DNA of 64,000 bases from an uncultured Clostridia bacterium. Its GTDB lineage: Bacteria; Bacillota; Clostridia; TANB77; CAG-465. Location of the stretch: the NCBI GenBank assembly GCA_944387385.1, contig CALXES010000006.1, positions 37,354-101,353 on the forward strand. Reading direction: 5' to 3'. Below the pieces are notes generated by a model. It was not told the origin of the DNA. It did not search any database and saw only the letters and a list, made by a program, of their open reading frames with translations. Shown piece by piece: positions 1 to 9,660 of this stretch (position 1 is its first letter; each line of letters begins with the position of its first letter). A program made the translations under genes and the position numbers.

Positions 1-1
1 A

Positions 2-415
2 CAAGCAAAAGTAATAAATTTAGATAATTATGAAAATGACGGACCAGAATTTACAGAGTCATTGGGACTATTAAACGGAATAAAAGAAGAAAATGCTAAG
101 ATAATTGAGGAGCTTACTGCACTTACAGATGAAGCTAAAATAGAGGAAAAAGCTACAGCAGCAGGACTTGAATCTAGATTTGTAGATATGTATAAAGATA
201 TATTATCTCAAATCAAATTAAATGATGGAATTACTTCAATAAAAGAAGCAGATTCAAAATATAGTGCATATAATGATTCTTTAATTGCGGTACTAAATTA
301 TTTAAAAGAAAATAGTACGTCTTGGTTTATTGAAAATGGTACATTAAAATCTAATAGCCAAACATTTATTGATGAATATAATTCAATGGTACAAGAAACT
401 AATATTGAACTTTAG
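2..415 (+). CDS. C-terminal part of a hypothetical protein (5' end lies outside the window)
   Basis: The frame is open from position 2 with no stop before 415. The listed ORF 62..415 is only the part after an internal TTG. A strong terminator follows. No family recognised. Confidence 0.5.
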   Translation, partial: QAKVINLDNYENDGPEFTESLGLLNGIKEENAKIIEELTALTDEAKIEEKATAAGLESRFVDMYKDILSQIKLNDGITSIKEADSKYSAYNDSLIAVLNYLKENSTSWFIENGTLKSNSQTFIDEYNSMVQETNIEL

Positions 416-420
416 TAATA

Positions 421-458
421 AAAATAGCACTGATTAGTATTAATCAGTGCTATTTTTT
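421..458. terminator. Bidirectional rho-independent terminator between convergent genes
   Basis: Perfect 13-bp stem ATAGCACTGATTA / TAATCAGTGCTAT (424-436 / 441-453). It is flanked by an A-run and a T-run. Confidence 0.8.
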
Positions 459-897
459 AAATTATTTTATTAAATATATATGCATCTTCTATATTATCAT
501 AATATTTTTTTCTTTCTGAAATTTTAACAAATCCAAACTTATTGTATAAGGATTGAGCTATAATATTAGATTTTCTTACTTCAAGAAAAATATTTTTAAT
601 CTTTTTTTTATAACAAAATTCTATAATTTTATTAAGTAGTAAAGAAGCAATTCCTTTATTTGTACAATCTTTTTTTACTACAATAGATATAATATCTGCT
701 GTGTCTAGTACGTAAGACATACCAATATATCCAACTATTGTATCATTTAAAATAGCGACTAAATAATATTTAGAAGCTTGACTTAGATCATTTTCAATTA
801 TTTCTTTACTAAGTATTTTTACATTATGGGTCTTTTCTATATCAATGCATTTTTCTATATCTTTTTTTTGCATTTTTCGTATTATAATGTTATTCAT
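457..897 (-). CDS. rimI: Ribosomal-protein-alanine N-acetyltransferase (GNAT)
   Basis: GNAT-like sequence. It overlaps the tsaB stop by 8 nt, in the classic tsaE-tsaB-rimI order. Confidence 0.75.
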   Translation of the reverse strand: MNNIIIRKMQKKDIEKCIDIEKTHNVKILSKEIIENDLSQASKYYLVAILNDTIVGYIGMSYVLDTADIISIVVKKDCTNKGIASLLLNKIIEFCYKKKIKNIFLEVRKSNIIAQSLYNKFGFVKISERKKYYDNIEDAYIFNKII

Positions 898-1588
898 TAT
901 TACTCATTCTTTCTGCTTGAGACTGTCTTGCATACAGTGCATCTAAGCTATATGCATTATATATGTAGTTTTTATGATTTTTAATATCTAAATAGCATGA
1001 AATTAGATCTTCTGTAGTAGGGTAAATATCTATTAGTTTTTCTGAAATAGTATCTAGTTTTTCTTTGAAATTATTTATACAATTTCCAGCAATAATTATG
1101 TCTTTTTCATTTGTTTTAGAAATCACATTATCTATTGTATCGTTGTCTACATCTATTATTTTTTCAAAAGTTATTTTTCCATTTTCATCTTTAGATATTT
1201 TGTTTAATGCATAATATACTCTGTTATTTCTTGCATCAATTAAAGATAAAACTTTTTGTTCTTTGGTATTATATTTTTTGAACGCTACATATCCAATTAG
1301 ATCAATTGAAGAGATAGAAAATATATTTATTTCCTTAACTTGTGCAAATGCCTTGATAGTTGCAAGACCTATACGAATACCAGTAAATGAACCCGGCCCA
1401 TTAATTGTAGCAAGTAAATCTATATTATCTAAATTTATTTTTGCAGTATCTAAAGTCTCATGTATAATTGGCAAAAGTTTTTCTGAGTGAGTTATTTCAT
1501 TAGATATACTTTTAGTGTGAAATTTATTGTTATATAATACACTACAACTTGCAACTTTTGTTGTTGTATCTATTCCTAAAATATTCAT
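890..1588 (-). CDS. tsaB: tRNA t6A37 biosynthesis protein TsaB (YeaZ)
   Basis: N-terminal MNILGIDTTT...NGPGSFTGIRIG is the typical YeaZ/TsaB signature. Confidence 0.85.
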   Translation of the reverse strand: MNILGIDTTTKVASCSVLYNNKFHTKSISNEITHSEKLLPIIHETLDTAKINLDNIDLLATINGPGSFTGIRIGLATIKAFAQVKEINIFSISSIDLIGYVAFKKYNTKEQKVLSLIDARNNRVYYALNKISKDENGKITFEKIIDVDNDTIDNVISKTNEKDIIIAGNCINNFKEKLDTISEKLIDIYPTTEDLISCYLDIKNHKNYIYNAYSLDALYARQSQAERMSNNE

Positions 1589-1589
1589 G

Positions 1590-2072
1590 TTAATTCCTCC
1601 AAATTTTAAATGTTCTAAGTGTTGGATCTTTATCCGATTTAGTTATATTAATATGTATTGTGTTTTGAGGTAGTATATCTTCAATTACTTCGTCACCCCA
1701 TTCAATTATACATGCTCCGTTATAAAAATAATCAGTTCCAACACCTTCTAAGAATTCATTACTGTCTTTTAATCTATAAACGTCAAAGTGGTAAATTGGA
1801 AAGTCCTTTGTATTATATTCGTTTACTATTGTAAATGTTGGACTACATACTTCATCCTCTAAATTAAAATGGCTTGCAAGACCCATTAAAAATACAGTTT
1901 TTCCAGATCCCAGCTCACCATTTAAAGTTATAATTTTTCCAATAGATATATATTTTGCAAATTCTTTTCCAAGTTTTTTTGTATCTTCTTCGCTATGTGA
2001 TATATATTCAAACTCAAAACTTGTTTTTAAATCAAATAATTTTTGTATATTTTTTATGTCTTTTTCTGTCAT
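1590..2072 (-). CDS. tsaE: tRNA t6A37 biosynthesis ATPase TsaE (YjeE)
   Basis: Walker A GELGSGKT plus SPTFTI and YHFDVYRL motifs. Start moved to the ATG at 2072 (SD AGGTGA 5 nt upstream). The track's GTG start lies inside that SD. Confidence 0.85.
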   Translation of the reverse strand: MTEKDIKNIQKLFDLKTSFEFEYISHSEEDTKKLGKEFAKYISIGKIITLNGELGSGKTVFLMGLASHFNLEDEVCSPTFTIVNEYNTKDFPIYHFDVYRLKDSNEFLEGVGTDYFYNGACIIEWGDEVIEDILPQNTIHINITKSDKDPTLRTFKIWRN

Positions 2073-2204
2073 GAAAATCACCTATATAATTATACCAAAA
2101 ATATAGTAAAATAGCAAATAAATTATATAAAGTGAAAAGCACAAAAAATAGTTCTTGCAAAATTGAAAGATAAAATATAAAATATATAAAAAAGGAGAGG
2201 GCAT

Positions 2205-5200
2205 ATGGGAGCAAATAATTGGACAGAAGACCAACTAAAAGCAATTGAAAAAAGAGATTCAAATATACTTGTTAGTGCCTCAGCAGGTAGTGGAAAGACA
2301 GCAGTACTTGTTGAAAGAATAATTGAAAAAGTATTAAACGAATATTTAGATGTAGATAAAATATTAGTTGTTACATTTACTAATGCTGCAGCACAGGAGT
2401 TAAAAGAAAAAATATTAAATGCAATATATAAAGCTTTAGAAGGGCAAAGGGATCCTAAAAAAGTAAATCATTTGAAAAATCAGTTAATTTATATAAATAG
2501 AGCAAATATTACTACAATTGATGCTTTTTGTTTTAAACTTGTAAGAGAGAATTTTAATGTGTTAAATATTGATCCAAATATTAGAATATGTGAAGAATCT
2601 CAAAGTGTATTAATAAAAACAAGAGTACTTGAGGATTTACTTGAAGAAGAATATGAGTCATATGTTGACGAGCAAAATGTATTTGGATTATACAATATAT
2701 TAGAATTATTTAATGGAAAGGATGAAGAGTTACTTGAAAATATTTTAAGAATATATAATTATATACAATCTTTTCCTTATCCATTTAAATGGCTTAAAGA
2801 GCAAATTAACAAATATAATATAGATGAAAATGTTGATTTATACAACACAGATTTTGGAAGAGATATCTATGAAGATATTATATCCGAAATTGAGTTATGT
2901 ATTGAAAAATACGATGATTATTTAAATAAGATAGCTGGAATAGAAGAATTTAATAAATGCTATACAATACTAGATAATGATATACAAATTTTAAAGAAAA
3001 GTATATATATTCAAAACAAATCATGGGATAGGCTTTATGAAAATATATTAGATATAAATTTTCAAAAATTTGTTATAGGTAGAGTAAGTAATGAAGAGCT
3101 AAAAAATGAGATATCTGAGTTTAGAAAAAAAGAAGTAAAAGATGTCATAGATAAAATTAAAAAGAAAATTTATGCTAAAAGTAAGGAAATTTTAGAAGAT
3201 AATAAAATTGCATATAAATATCTAAAGTATTTATATGATTTTTTAGTAAAATATGATAAAAAATTTAAAGAGGAAAAAAAGAATTTAGGTGTCGCTGAAT
3301 TTAACGATATAATGCACTATGCATTAGAATTACTTGTAGATAAGGAAGATAATATTACTGATGTTGCACTTAATTTAAAAGAAAGATTTAAAGAAGTATA
3401 TACAGATGAATATCAAGATACAAGTTATGTTCAAGAGAGAATACTAGATGCTATTTCAAAGGAAAACAATAGGTTTATGGTTGGAGATATAAAGCAAAGT
3501 ATTTATGGATTTAGGCAAGCAAGACCCGATATATTTAATGAAAAATATATTGCTTATCCATTAGATGATGGTGATAGTAAGTCATGTAAAATAATACTAT
3601 CTAAGAACTTTAGAAGTAGAAAAGAGGTAATTGATTCTATAAATTATATTTTTGAAAAAATAATGAGTATGAAAAATGGTCAATGTGACTATTCTGAAGC
3701 AGAGGCTTTAAAATGTGGAAATACTACATATAAGAAAGATGAAAATGCTTCATATAAGACTCAAATTAACATAATAGACTTAAAAGATCAAGAGCCAAGT
3801 ACATTTGAAGGAGAAATTGATGAAGAACAAATAGATGAAGACTTAACATCTACTCAAATTGAGGCAAAATGCATAGCATATAAAATAAAAGAAATAATTT
3901 CAAAAGATAAAGTTACAGATAAAGATGGAACATTAAGAAATGTAAAATTTAGAGATATAGTTATTTTACTTCGTGGAGTAAAAAATAAAGCGGATATTTT
4001 AGAAGAAGAGTTAAAAAGAAATAACATACCGGTTTTTTGTGATACTTCAAGTAGTATTTTTGAAGGGGACGAGGTAAAACTAATATTATCGTTTTTAAAA
4101 ATAATAGATAATCCGTATCAGGACATTTATATGATAAGTATAATGTTTAGTATAATCGGAGGATTTAGTTTAGATGAAATTACTAAAATTAGACTATATG
4201 ATAGCAACTCATATGTATATGATACATTAAATAACATGCTAAATGATGAAGAGTATATAAAAAAAGAATATAAACTCATAGATAAAATTAAAGTTTTTTT
4301 ACAGATTATAAAAGACTATACAAATTATTCTAAAATATATAGTATATCTGATCTTTTAATTAGACTATATAAAGATACAGATATATATTATCAGTTTGCT
4401 CTTGAAGATGACGGAGCAGCTAAAAAAGCAAACTTAGATTATTTAATAGAGCTTGCATCGAGTTTTTATTCTAATGTTGGTAATACATTAAATGCGTATA
4501 TTAAGTATATAGATAACTTGAAAGATAAGCAGGACACATCGACAAGTAGTGCAAAAATAATTGGAGAAAATGAAGATGTAGTAAGGATAATGACAATACA
4601 TAAATCAAAGGGGTTAGAATTTCCAATAGTAATACTTGCAGATATGGCAAAAGGATATAATTTTTCAGACTCAAGAAAACAAAGAGTTGTTTTTCATCAT
4701 AAATATGGAATAGGAATAGATGTGGTAAATCAAGATTTTGGGGTTACATATCCATCTGTTATTAAGCAAGCAATAAGGTCTGTAATAGAAAAAGAAACAA
4801 AATCTGAAGAGTTAAGACTTTTATATGTTGCTCTTACAAGAGCAAAAGAAAAAATATATATGTTTGCTACCACTAAAGATTTTGAGAAAGAATATGTTAT
4901 GCAGACTATAAAGCTAAAAAATGGAAAATTTAATGAAACTCTAATAGCTTCAAACACAAGTTATTATAAAAATTTACTACCAGTTATAAAATATTATAAT
5001 GAATTTGAAGCAGACAAAAAAGATTTAGAAATAAATAAAATAGAAGTTAAATCTAATACAACTGATGAAGAATTAAAAAAATTACTTGTAAGCAAAGAAG
5101 AGGAACAAAAACGTGAATCACTTAATGAGATTTTAAAATCATTATTTAATAAAAATTTGTTAAATACTAAAATTATTGAAAAAATAAGAGAAAATTTAGA

Positions 5201-5891
5201 ATCAGAATATAAATACTATGATGATGCACATTCTCCATCAAGAATCAGCGTAAGTAATTTAAAAAAGACAAAAAATGAAGAAGAAAATGTAATCATAAAA
5301 AGCATTATAAAAGATGAGAACGAAGATAAAAAGGATGAATCTAAAAAAGAGTTTAAAATACCATCTTGTTTAAATGATGAAAATGAGAAATATACAGCTG
5401 TAAGAAAAGGAATATTAATTCATTTTATTTTACAAAATTTAGATTTTAGTATATTAAATACAAAAGAAGAAATAAAAGAATATATAAATAAATTAGAAAT
5501 TAAAAATATTATTAGTAATCAGGATAGTAAGTATATAAGCGTAAGTAAAATATATAATTTTTTAAATTCAAAGATCGGAAAGAATCTAAAAAAAGCAAAA
5601 AAAATATATAGGGAATATGAGTTTATACTTGATAGTGCTAAATATTCAAATAGTCTTATACAGGGAATAATTGACTTATTTTATGTTACGGATGAAAATA
5701 AAGTAATACTTGTTGATTTTAAAACAGATAGGCTATATAATGAGGATGAGTTTATAGATAAGTATAAAATTCAACTAGATATATATAAAGAGGCTATTAA
5801 TACTTTGACTGATTATAAAGTAGATAAGGTATACATATATTCATTTAATCTAAATAAAGAAATTGAAGTTAAGGAGAAAAGCGATGAATAA
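2205..5891 (+). CDS. addA: ATP-dependent helicase/nuclease, AddA type (UvrD-like helicase plus C-terminal RecB-type nuclease)
   Basis: 1228 aa. N-terminal SASAGSGKT Walker A and TDEYQDT motif. C-terminal GIIDLFY...LVDFKTD nuclease motif. SD AAGGAGAGGG upstream. Confidence 0.8.
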   Translation: MGANNWTEDQLKAIEKRDSNILVSASAGSGKTAVLVERIIEKVLNEYLDVDKILVVTFTNAAAQELKEKILNAIYKALEGQRDPKKVNHLKNQLIYINRANITTIDAFCFKLVRENFNVLNIDPNIRICEESQSVLIKTRVLEDLLEEEYESYVDEQNVFGLYNILELFNGKDEELLENILRIYNYIQSFPYPFKWLKEQINKYNIDENVDLYNTDFGRDIYEDIISEIELCIEKYDDYLNKIAGIEEFNKCYTILDNDIQILKKSIYIQNKSWDRLYENILDINFQKFVIGRVSNEELKNEISEFRKKEVKDVIDKIKKKIYAKSKEILEDNKIAYKYLKYLYDFLVKYDKKFKEEKKNLGVAEFNDIMHYALELLVDKEDNITDVALNLKERFKEVYTDEYQDTSYVQERILDAISKENNRFMVGDIKQSIYGFRQARPDIFNEKYIAYPLDDGDSKSCKIILSKNFRSRKEVIDSINYIFEKIMSMKNGQCDYSEAEALKCGNTTYKKDENASYKTQINIIDLKDQEPSTFEGEIDEEQIDEDLTSTQIEAKCIAYKIKEIISKDKVTDKDGTLRNVKFRDIVILLRGVKNKADILEEELKRNNIPVFCDTSSSIFEGDEVKLILSFLKIIDNPYQDIYMISIMFSIIGGFSLDEITKIRLYDSNSYVYDTLNNMLNDEEYIKKEYKLIDKIKVFLQIIKDYTNYSKIYSISDLLIRLYKDTDIYYQFALEDDGAAKKANLDYLIELASSFYSNVGNTLNAYIKYIDNLKDKQDTSTSSAKIIGENEDVVRIMTIHKSKGLEFPIVILADMAKGYNFSDSRKQRVVFHHKYGIGIDVVNQDFGVTYPSVIKQAIRSVIEKETKSEELRLLYVALTRAKEKIYMFATTKDFEKEYVMQTIKLKNGKFNETLIASNTSYYKNLLPVIKYYNEFEADKKDLEINKIEVKSNTTDEELKKLLVSKEEEQKRESLNEILKSLFNKNLLNTKIIEKIRENLESEYKYYDDAHSPSRISVSNLKKTKNEEENVIIKSIIKDENEDKKDESKKEFKIPSCLNDENEKYTAVRKGILIHFILQNLDFSILNTKEEIKEYINKLEIKNIISNQDSKYISVSKIYNFLNSKIGKNLKKAKKIYREYEFILDSAKYSNSLIQGIIDLFYVTDENKVILVDFKTDRLYNEDEFIDKYKIQLDIYKEAINTLTDYKVDKVYIYSFNLNKEIEVKEKSDE

Positions 5892-6738
5892 GTACAGTAA
5901 TGATATAATAGAACATGTAAAATCTGGAGATTTAGAATATTTGCAATTTAAGATATTAAATAGGTATAATGTAAAACACTGTATTACATTAAGAAGAGGT
6001 GGAGTAAGTAAAGGAGAATATGAGAGTTTAAATTTTAGAACTCTTGGAAATGATGATATAAGCAATGTTTTTAAAAATCTAGAAATAATAAAAAAAGAGA
6101 TTGGAATAGAAAATGTTTGTAAAGGAAAACAAGATCATACAGATAAAGTCATTATAATAGATAATAAAAATAAAGATGAATTTTTATTTGAAAATCTAAA
6201 TACTCAAAATGTTGATGGATATGTTGTAAAAGATAAAAATATTGCAACTCTTGTTACAACAGCAGATTGTAATCCAATCATTATATATGATACTAAGAAA
6301 AATGTTGTTGCAAATGTACATGCTGGTTGGAAGGGTGTAATAAATAAAATATATATTAAAGCAATAAATATAATGAAAGAAAATTTTTCAAGTAATCCAA
6401 AGGATTTAATTGTATGTATTGGTCCATCAATTAGAAAATGCTGTTTTACAAGTAAAGAGGAAAATTTTAAAAAAAAGTTTACAAAGTTGTTTGATTATTC
6501 AGATAGATATTTATCATATGAAGAAGATAATGAAACTTTTCACATAGATTTGATTGAAATTTTAAAAACAGAATTAAAAAAATCAAATATCCAAGATGAT
6601 AATATCTATGTTGCAGATATTTGTACAAGATGTAATACTAATGACTTTTTTTCATATAGAGCAGCTGTACAAAATGGAAAAAAAGATTATGCAACAATGG
6701 CGACTATAGTTCAAGTTAGTGAAAATAATGTGAAATAA
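5884..6738 (+). CDS. pgeF: PgeF/YfiH family (DUF152) purine nucleoside phosphorylase / peptidoglycan editing factor
   Basis: TTADCNP...HAGWKG...CIGPSIRKCCF motifs. Start set to the ATG at 5884 (SD AAGGAG 7 nt upstream). It overlaps the addA stop by 8 nt. Confidence 0.8.
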   Translation: MNKYSNDIIEHVKSGDLEYLQFKILNRYNVKHCITLRRGGVSKGEYESLNFRTLGNDDISNVFKNLEIIKKEIGIENVCKGKQDHTDKVIIIDNKNKDEFLFENLNTQNVDGYVVKDKNIATLVTTADCNPIIIYDTKKNVVANVHAGWKGVINKIYIKAINIMKENFSSNPKDLIVCIGPSIRKCCFTSKEENFKKKFTKLFDYSDRYLSYEEDNETFHIDLIEILKTELKKSNIQDDNIYVADICTRCNTNDFFSYRAAVQNGKKDYATMATIVQVSENNVK

Positions 6739-6803
6739 ACGCAAAATATTGACTATGCAATTTTAGTTTGCTATAATTTACAAGTGAAAGAGGAGGTATA
6801 GAT

Positions 6804-7448
6804 ATGCTAAATAAAATGAACTTACCTAATAAGTTAACTATGTTAAGGATAATATTAGTACCTTTATTTATTATATGCTTAAGTATACCTGAGAGCTTCT
6901 TTGAATCTTTTGAAATAGACAATGGAACAACTATTATGGGTTGGGTTGCACTAGTAATTTTTGTTGTTGCAGCTTTAACAGATTGCCTTGATGGAAGAAT
7001 ATCTAGAAGCCAGGGAATTGTAACTAAATTTGGAAAGATTATGGATCCTCTTGCAGATAAATTGCTTGTTTCTGCAGGATTTATAATGCTAACAGGACTT
7101 GGTGTTGTACCAGCATATGTAACAGCAATAGTTATCTTTAGAGATTTCTTTGTTAATGCATTAAGAATGTTTGGTGCAGACAACTCAAAAGATTTAGCTG
7201 CAGGACTAAGTGGTAAAGTAAAAACATTATTTCAAATGTTAGCAATAACTTTAGCGTTAGTTAGCTATATTGTTTCACCAACAGTTTCAATGTTTGCTTT
7301 TATAGAAAGTTCATTAACAATGGATACAATAGAGTTAGTAATAAATGTTGCAATGTCAATAGCAGTTTTAGCAACACTTATTGCGACAATATGGTCTTTT
7401 GTTGATTATTTTGTTAGATTTAAAGAAGATATTGATGTTGAAAATTAA
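6804..7448 (+). CDS. pgsA: CDP-diacylglycerol--glycerol-3-phosphate 3-phosphatidyltransferase
   Basis: CDP-alcohol phosphatidyltransferase motif DCLDGRISRSQGIVTKFGKIMDPLADK. Multiple TM segments. SD GAGGAGG. Confidence 0.8.
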   Translation: MLNKMNLPNKLTMLRIILVPLFIICLSIPESFFESFEIDNGTTIMGWVALVIFVVAALTDCLDGRISRSQGIVTKFGKIMDPLADKLLVSAGFIMLTGLGVVPAYVTAIVIFRDFFVNALRMFGADNSKDLAAGLSGKVKTLFQMLAITLALVSYIVSPTVSMFAFIESSLTMDTIELVINVAMSIAVLATLIATIWSFVDYFVRFKEDIDVEN

Positions 7449-7456
7449 TTATAAGG

Positions 7457-7488
7457 TCTGGTAAATTTAATTTACCAGATTTTTTTTT
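7457..7488 (+). terminator. Rho-independent terminator after pgsA
   Basis: Stem TCTGGTAAA / TTTACCAGA followed by T8. Confidence 0.8.
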
Positions 7489-7629
7489 GTATATTAAAGT
7501 TGTATAATTAGTATAATATGAATATTTAATTTATTGAAAATAATAATTTTTTATAGTAAAATATAGATATAACTTAGCATAGAATAGTTGCTATTCTATG
7601 TTTTCATGCTGTTTTAATGAGGTGTTACA

Positions 7630-9660
7630 ATGAAAGAAGAGCAAATTAATTTTTTTGAAATAGATGAGACTAAAAATAATATAAAAAAAGAAATTGAAAG
7701 ACTTAGAGAAGAAATAGAATATCACAATAGATTATATTATGAACAAGATGAGCCAGAAATATCAGATTATGAATATGATAAGCTTACACAAAGACTTAAG
7801 AAACTTGAAAAAGAACATCCAGAATTTATTGTAAAGAGTTCCCCAACACAAAAAATCGGAGGAAAAACTAAAAATATATTCACACAAGTTGTACATGATG
7901 TTCAAATGCAGAGCTTGCAAGATGTTTTTTCTTTAGAAGAAGTTGAAGAATTTGTAGATAAAGTAAAAGAAGAGTATAAAGAAAAAACTAAATTTTGTGT
8001 TGAAACAAAAATTGATGGATTGTCTGTTTCTTTAGAATATAAGAATGGTGTGCTTGTAAGAGGTTCTACAAGAGGAGACGGATTTGTTGGAGAAGATGTA
8101 ACACCAAATATAAAGATGATAAAAGATGTACCTCAAAGACTTAATACAGATGATACTATAGAAGTAAGAGGAGAAGTATATCTTCCAAGAAAAGAATTTG
8201 AAAAAATAAATGAAGAGCTTATAGCAAATAATAAACAGCAGTTATCTAATCCAAGAAATGCTGCTGCTGGAACTTTAAGACAGTTAGATAGTGAACTTGT
8301 AAAAAATAGAAATTTAAGTATATTTGTATTTAATGTTCAAAAGGGAAAATCTTTTTCTAGTCATTATGAGAGCTTAGAATATTTGCAAAAAGCTGGTATA
8401 AAAACAATAGCTATAAGATATCTTTGCACTACTAAAGAGGAAGTAATAGATGCAATAAAAAAAATTGGTGATATGAGAGATGAATTAGAATATGATATTG
8501 ACGGTGCTGTTGTAAAGGTAGATAATTTACTTATTCGCCAAGAAATGGGACAGACTGTTAAAGTTCCAAAATGGGCTGTTGCATATAAGTATCCTCCTGA
8601 GCAAAAAGAAACAAAAGTATTAGATATTATATTACAAGTTGGAAGAACAGGGCAAGTAACACCAGTAGTTATACTTGAGCCAGTAAGAGTTGCTGGGAGT
8701 GTTATTTCTAAAACAACACTTCATAATTTTGATTTTATGAAAGAAAAAGATATTCGTATTGGTGATACTGTTGTAATACAAAAAGCGGGAGATGTTATTC
8801 CGGAAGTAGATAGAGTATTAAAAGAAAAAAGGGATGGAACTCAAAAAGAATTTGAAGTACCTAAATTATGCCCAGTATGTGGTGAGGAGCTTGAAAAAGA
8901 AGAGAGTGAGGTAGCACTTAGATGTACTAATAGTGAATGTCCAGCTCAAATTTATAGAAGTATAACTCATTTTGTTTCAAGAGATTGTATGGATATATCT
9001 GGAATGGGCGAGGCAATAGTAGATGCTTTAATAGTTAAAAATTTACTTAAAGATGTAGCAGATATTTATTATTTAAAGTTTGAAGATTTTATGTCTCTTG
9101 AGGGATTTAAAGAAAAATCATCTCAAAACTTAGTAAATGCAATTGAAAAAAGTAAGACAAATTCTTTAGATAAATTACTTTTTGGACTTGGAATAAGACA
9201 TATTGGAAAGAAAGCAGCTAAGATTTTATCTGAAAATTTTGAAGATATAAATAAATTAAAGGAAGCATCTATTGATAAGTTAAATAGTTTAGAAGATTTT
9301 GGTAACATTATGGCTGAGTCTGTATATGAATTTTTTAGAAAGCCACAGACAGATATTATTATTGAAAAACTACACGATGCAGGTGTAAACTTAAAGGGTA
9401 ACATTAAGAATAAAGCATCTGAAATTCTTCTAGGAAAAACAATTTGTATAACAGGTTCTTTTGATAATTATTCAAGAAATGATATTGTAGCTATGATAGA
9501 AGATAATTCTGGAAAAGCTTCATCATCTGTATCAAAGAAAACAAGCTTTTTAATTGCTGGAGAGTCTGCTGGTTCAAAACTAAATAAAGCACATGAGCTT
9601 GGTGTAGAAGTTTTATCTATAGATGATTTTATAAAAATGATTAAAGAAGGGAATAAATAA
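7630..9660 (+). CDS. ligA: NAD-dependent DNA ligase
   Basis: 676 aa. Adenylation motif ETKIDGLS, the four-Cys zinc finger CPVCG...CTNSECPAQ, and a C-terminal BRCT-like region. Confidence 0.95.
   Translation: MKEEQINFFEIDETKNNIKKEIERLREEIEYHNRLYYEQDEPEISDYEYDKLTQRLKKLEKEHPEFIVKSSPTQKIGGKTKNIFTQVVHDVQMQSLQDVFSLEEVEEFVDKVKEEYKEKTKFCVETKIDGLSVSLEYKNGVLVRGSTRGDGFVGEDVTPNIKMIKDVPQRLNTDDTIEVRGEVYLPRKEFEKINEELIANNKQQLSNPRNAAAGTLRQLDSELVKNRNLSIFVFNVQKGKSFSSHYESLEYLQKAGIKTIAIRYLCTTKEEVIDAIKKIGDMRDELEYDIDGAVVKVDNLLIRQEMGQTVKVPKWAVAYKYPPEQKETKVLDIILQVGRTGQVTPVVILEPVRVAGSVISKTTLHNFDFMKEKDIRIGDTVVIQKAGDVIPEVDRVLKEKRDGTQKEFEVPKLCPVCGEELEKEESEVALRCTNSECPAQIYRSITHFVSRDCMDISGMGEAIVDALIVKNLLKDVADIYYLKFEDFMSLEGFKEKSSQNLVNAIEKSKTNSLDKLLFGLGIRHIGKKAAKILSENFEDINKLKEASIDKLNSLEDFGNIMAESVYEFFRKPQTDIIIEKLHDAGVNLKGNIKNKASEILLGKTICITGSFDNYSRNDIVAMIEDNSGKASSSVSKKTSFLIAGESAGSKLNKAHELGVEVLSIDDFIKMIKEGNK

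Noticed and set aside
2032-2262. 76-aa minus-strand ORF spanning the tsaE/addA divergent promoter region.
   Set aside because: It overlaps the starts of both real genes and the promoter region. Its product is Leu/Phe/Tyr-rich low-complexity sequence and it has no SD.
6716-7183. 155-aa minus-strand ORF.
   Set aside because: It is antisense to pgsA, whose CDP-alcohol phosphatidyltransferase motif is unambiguous. It has no SD and its composition is low-complexity, typical of the antisense frame.
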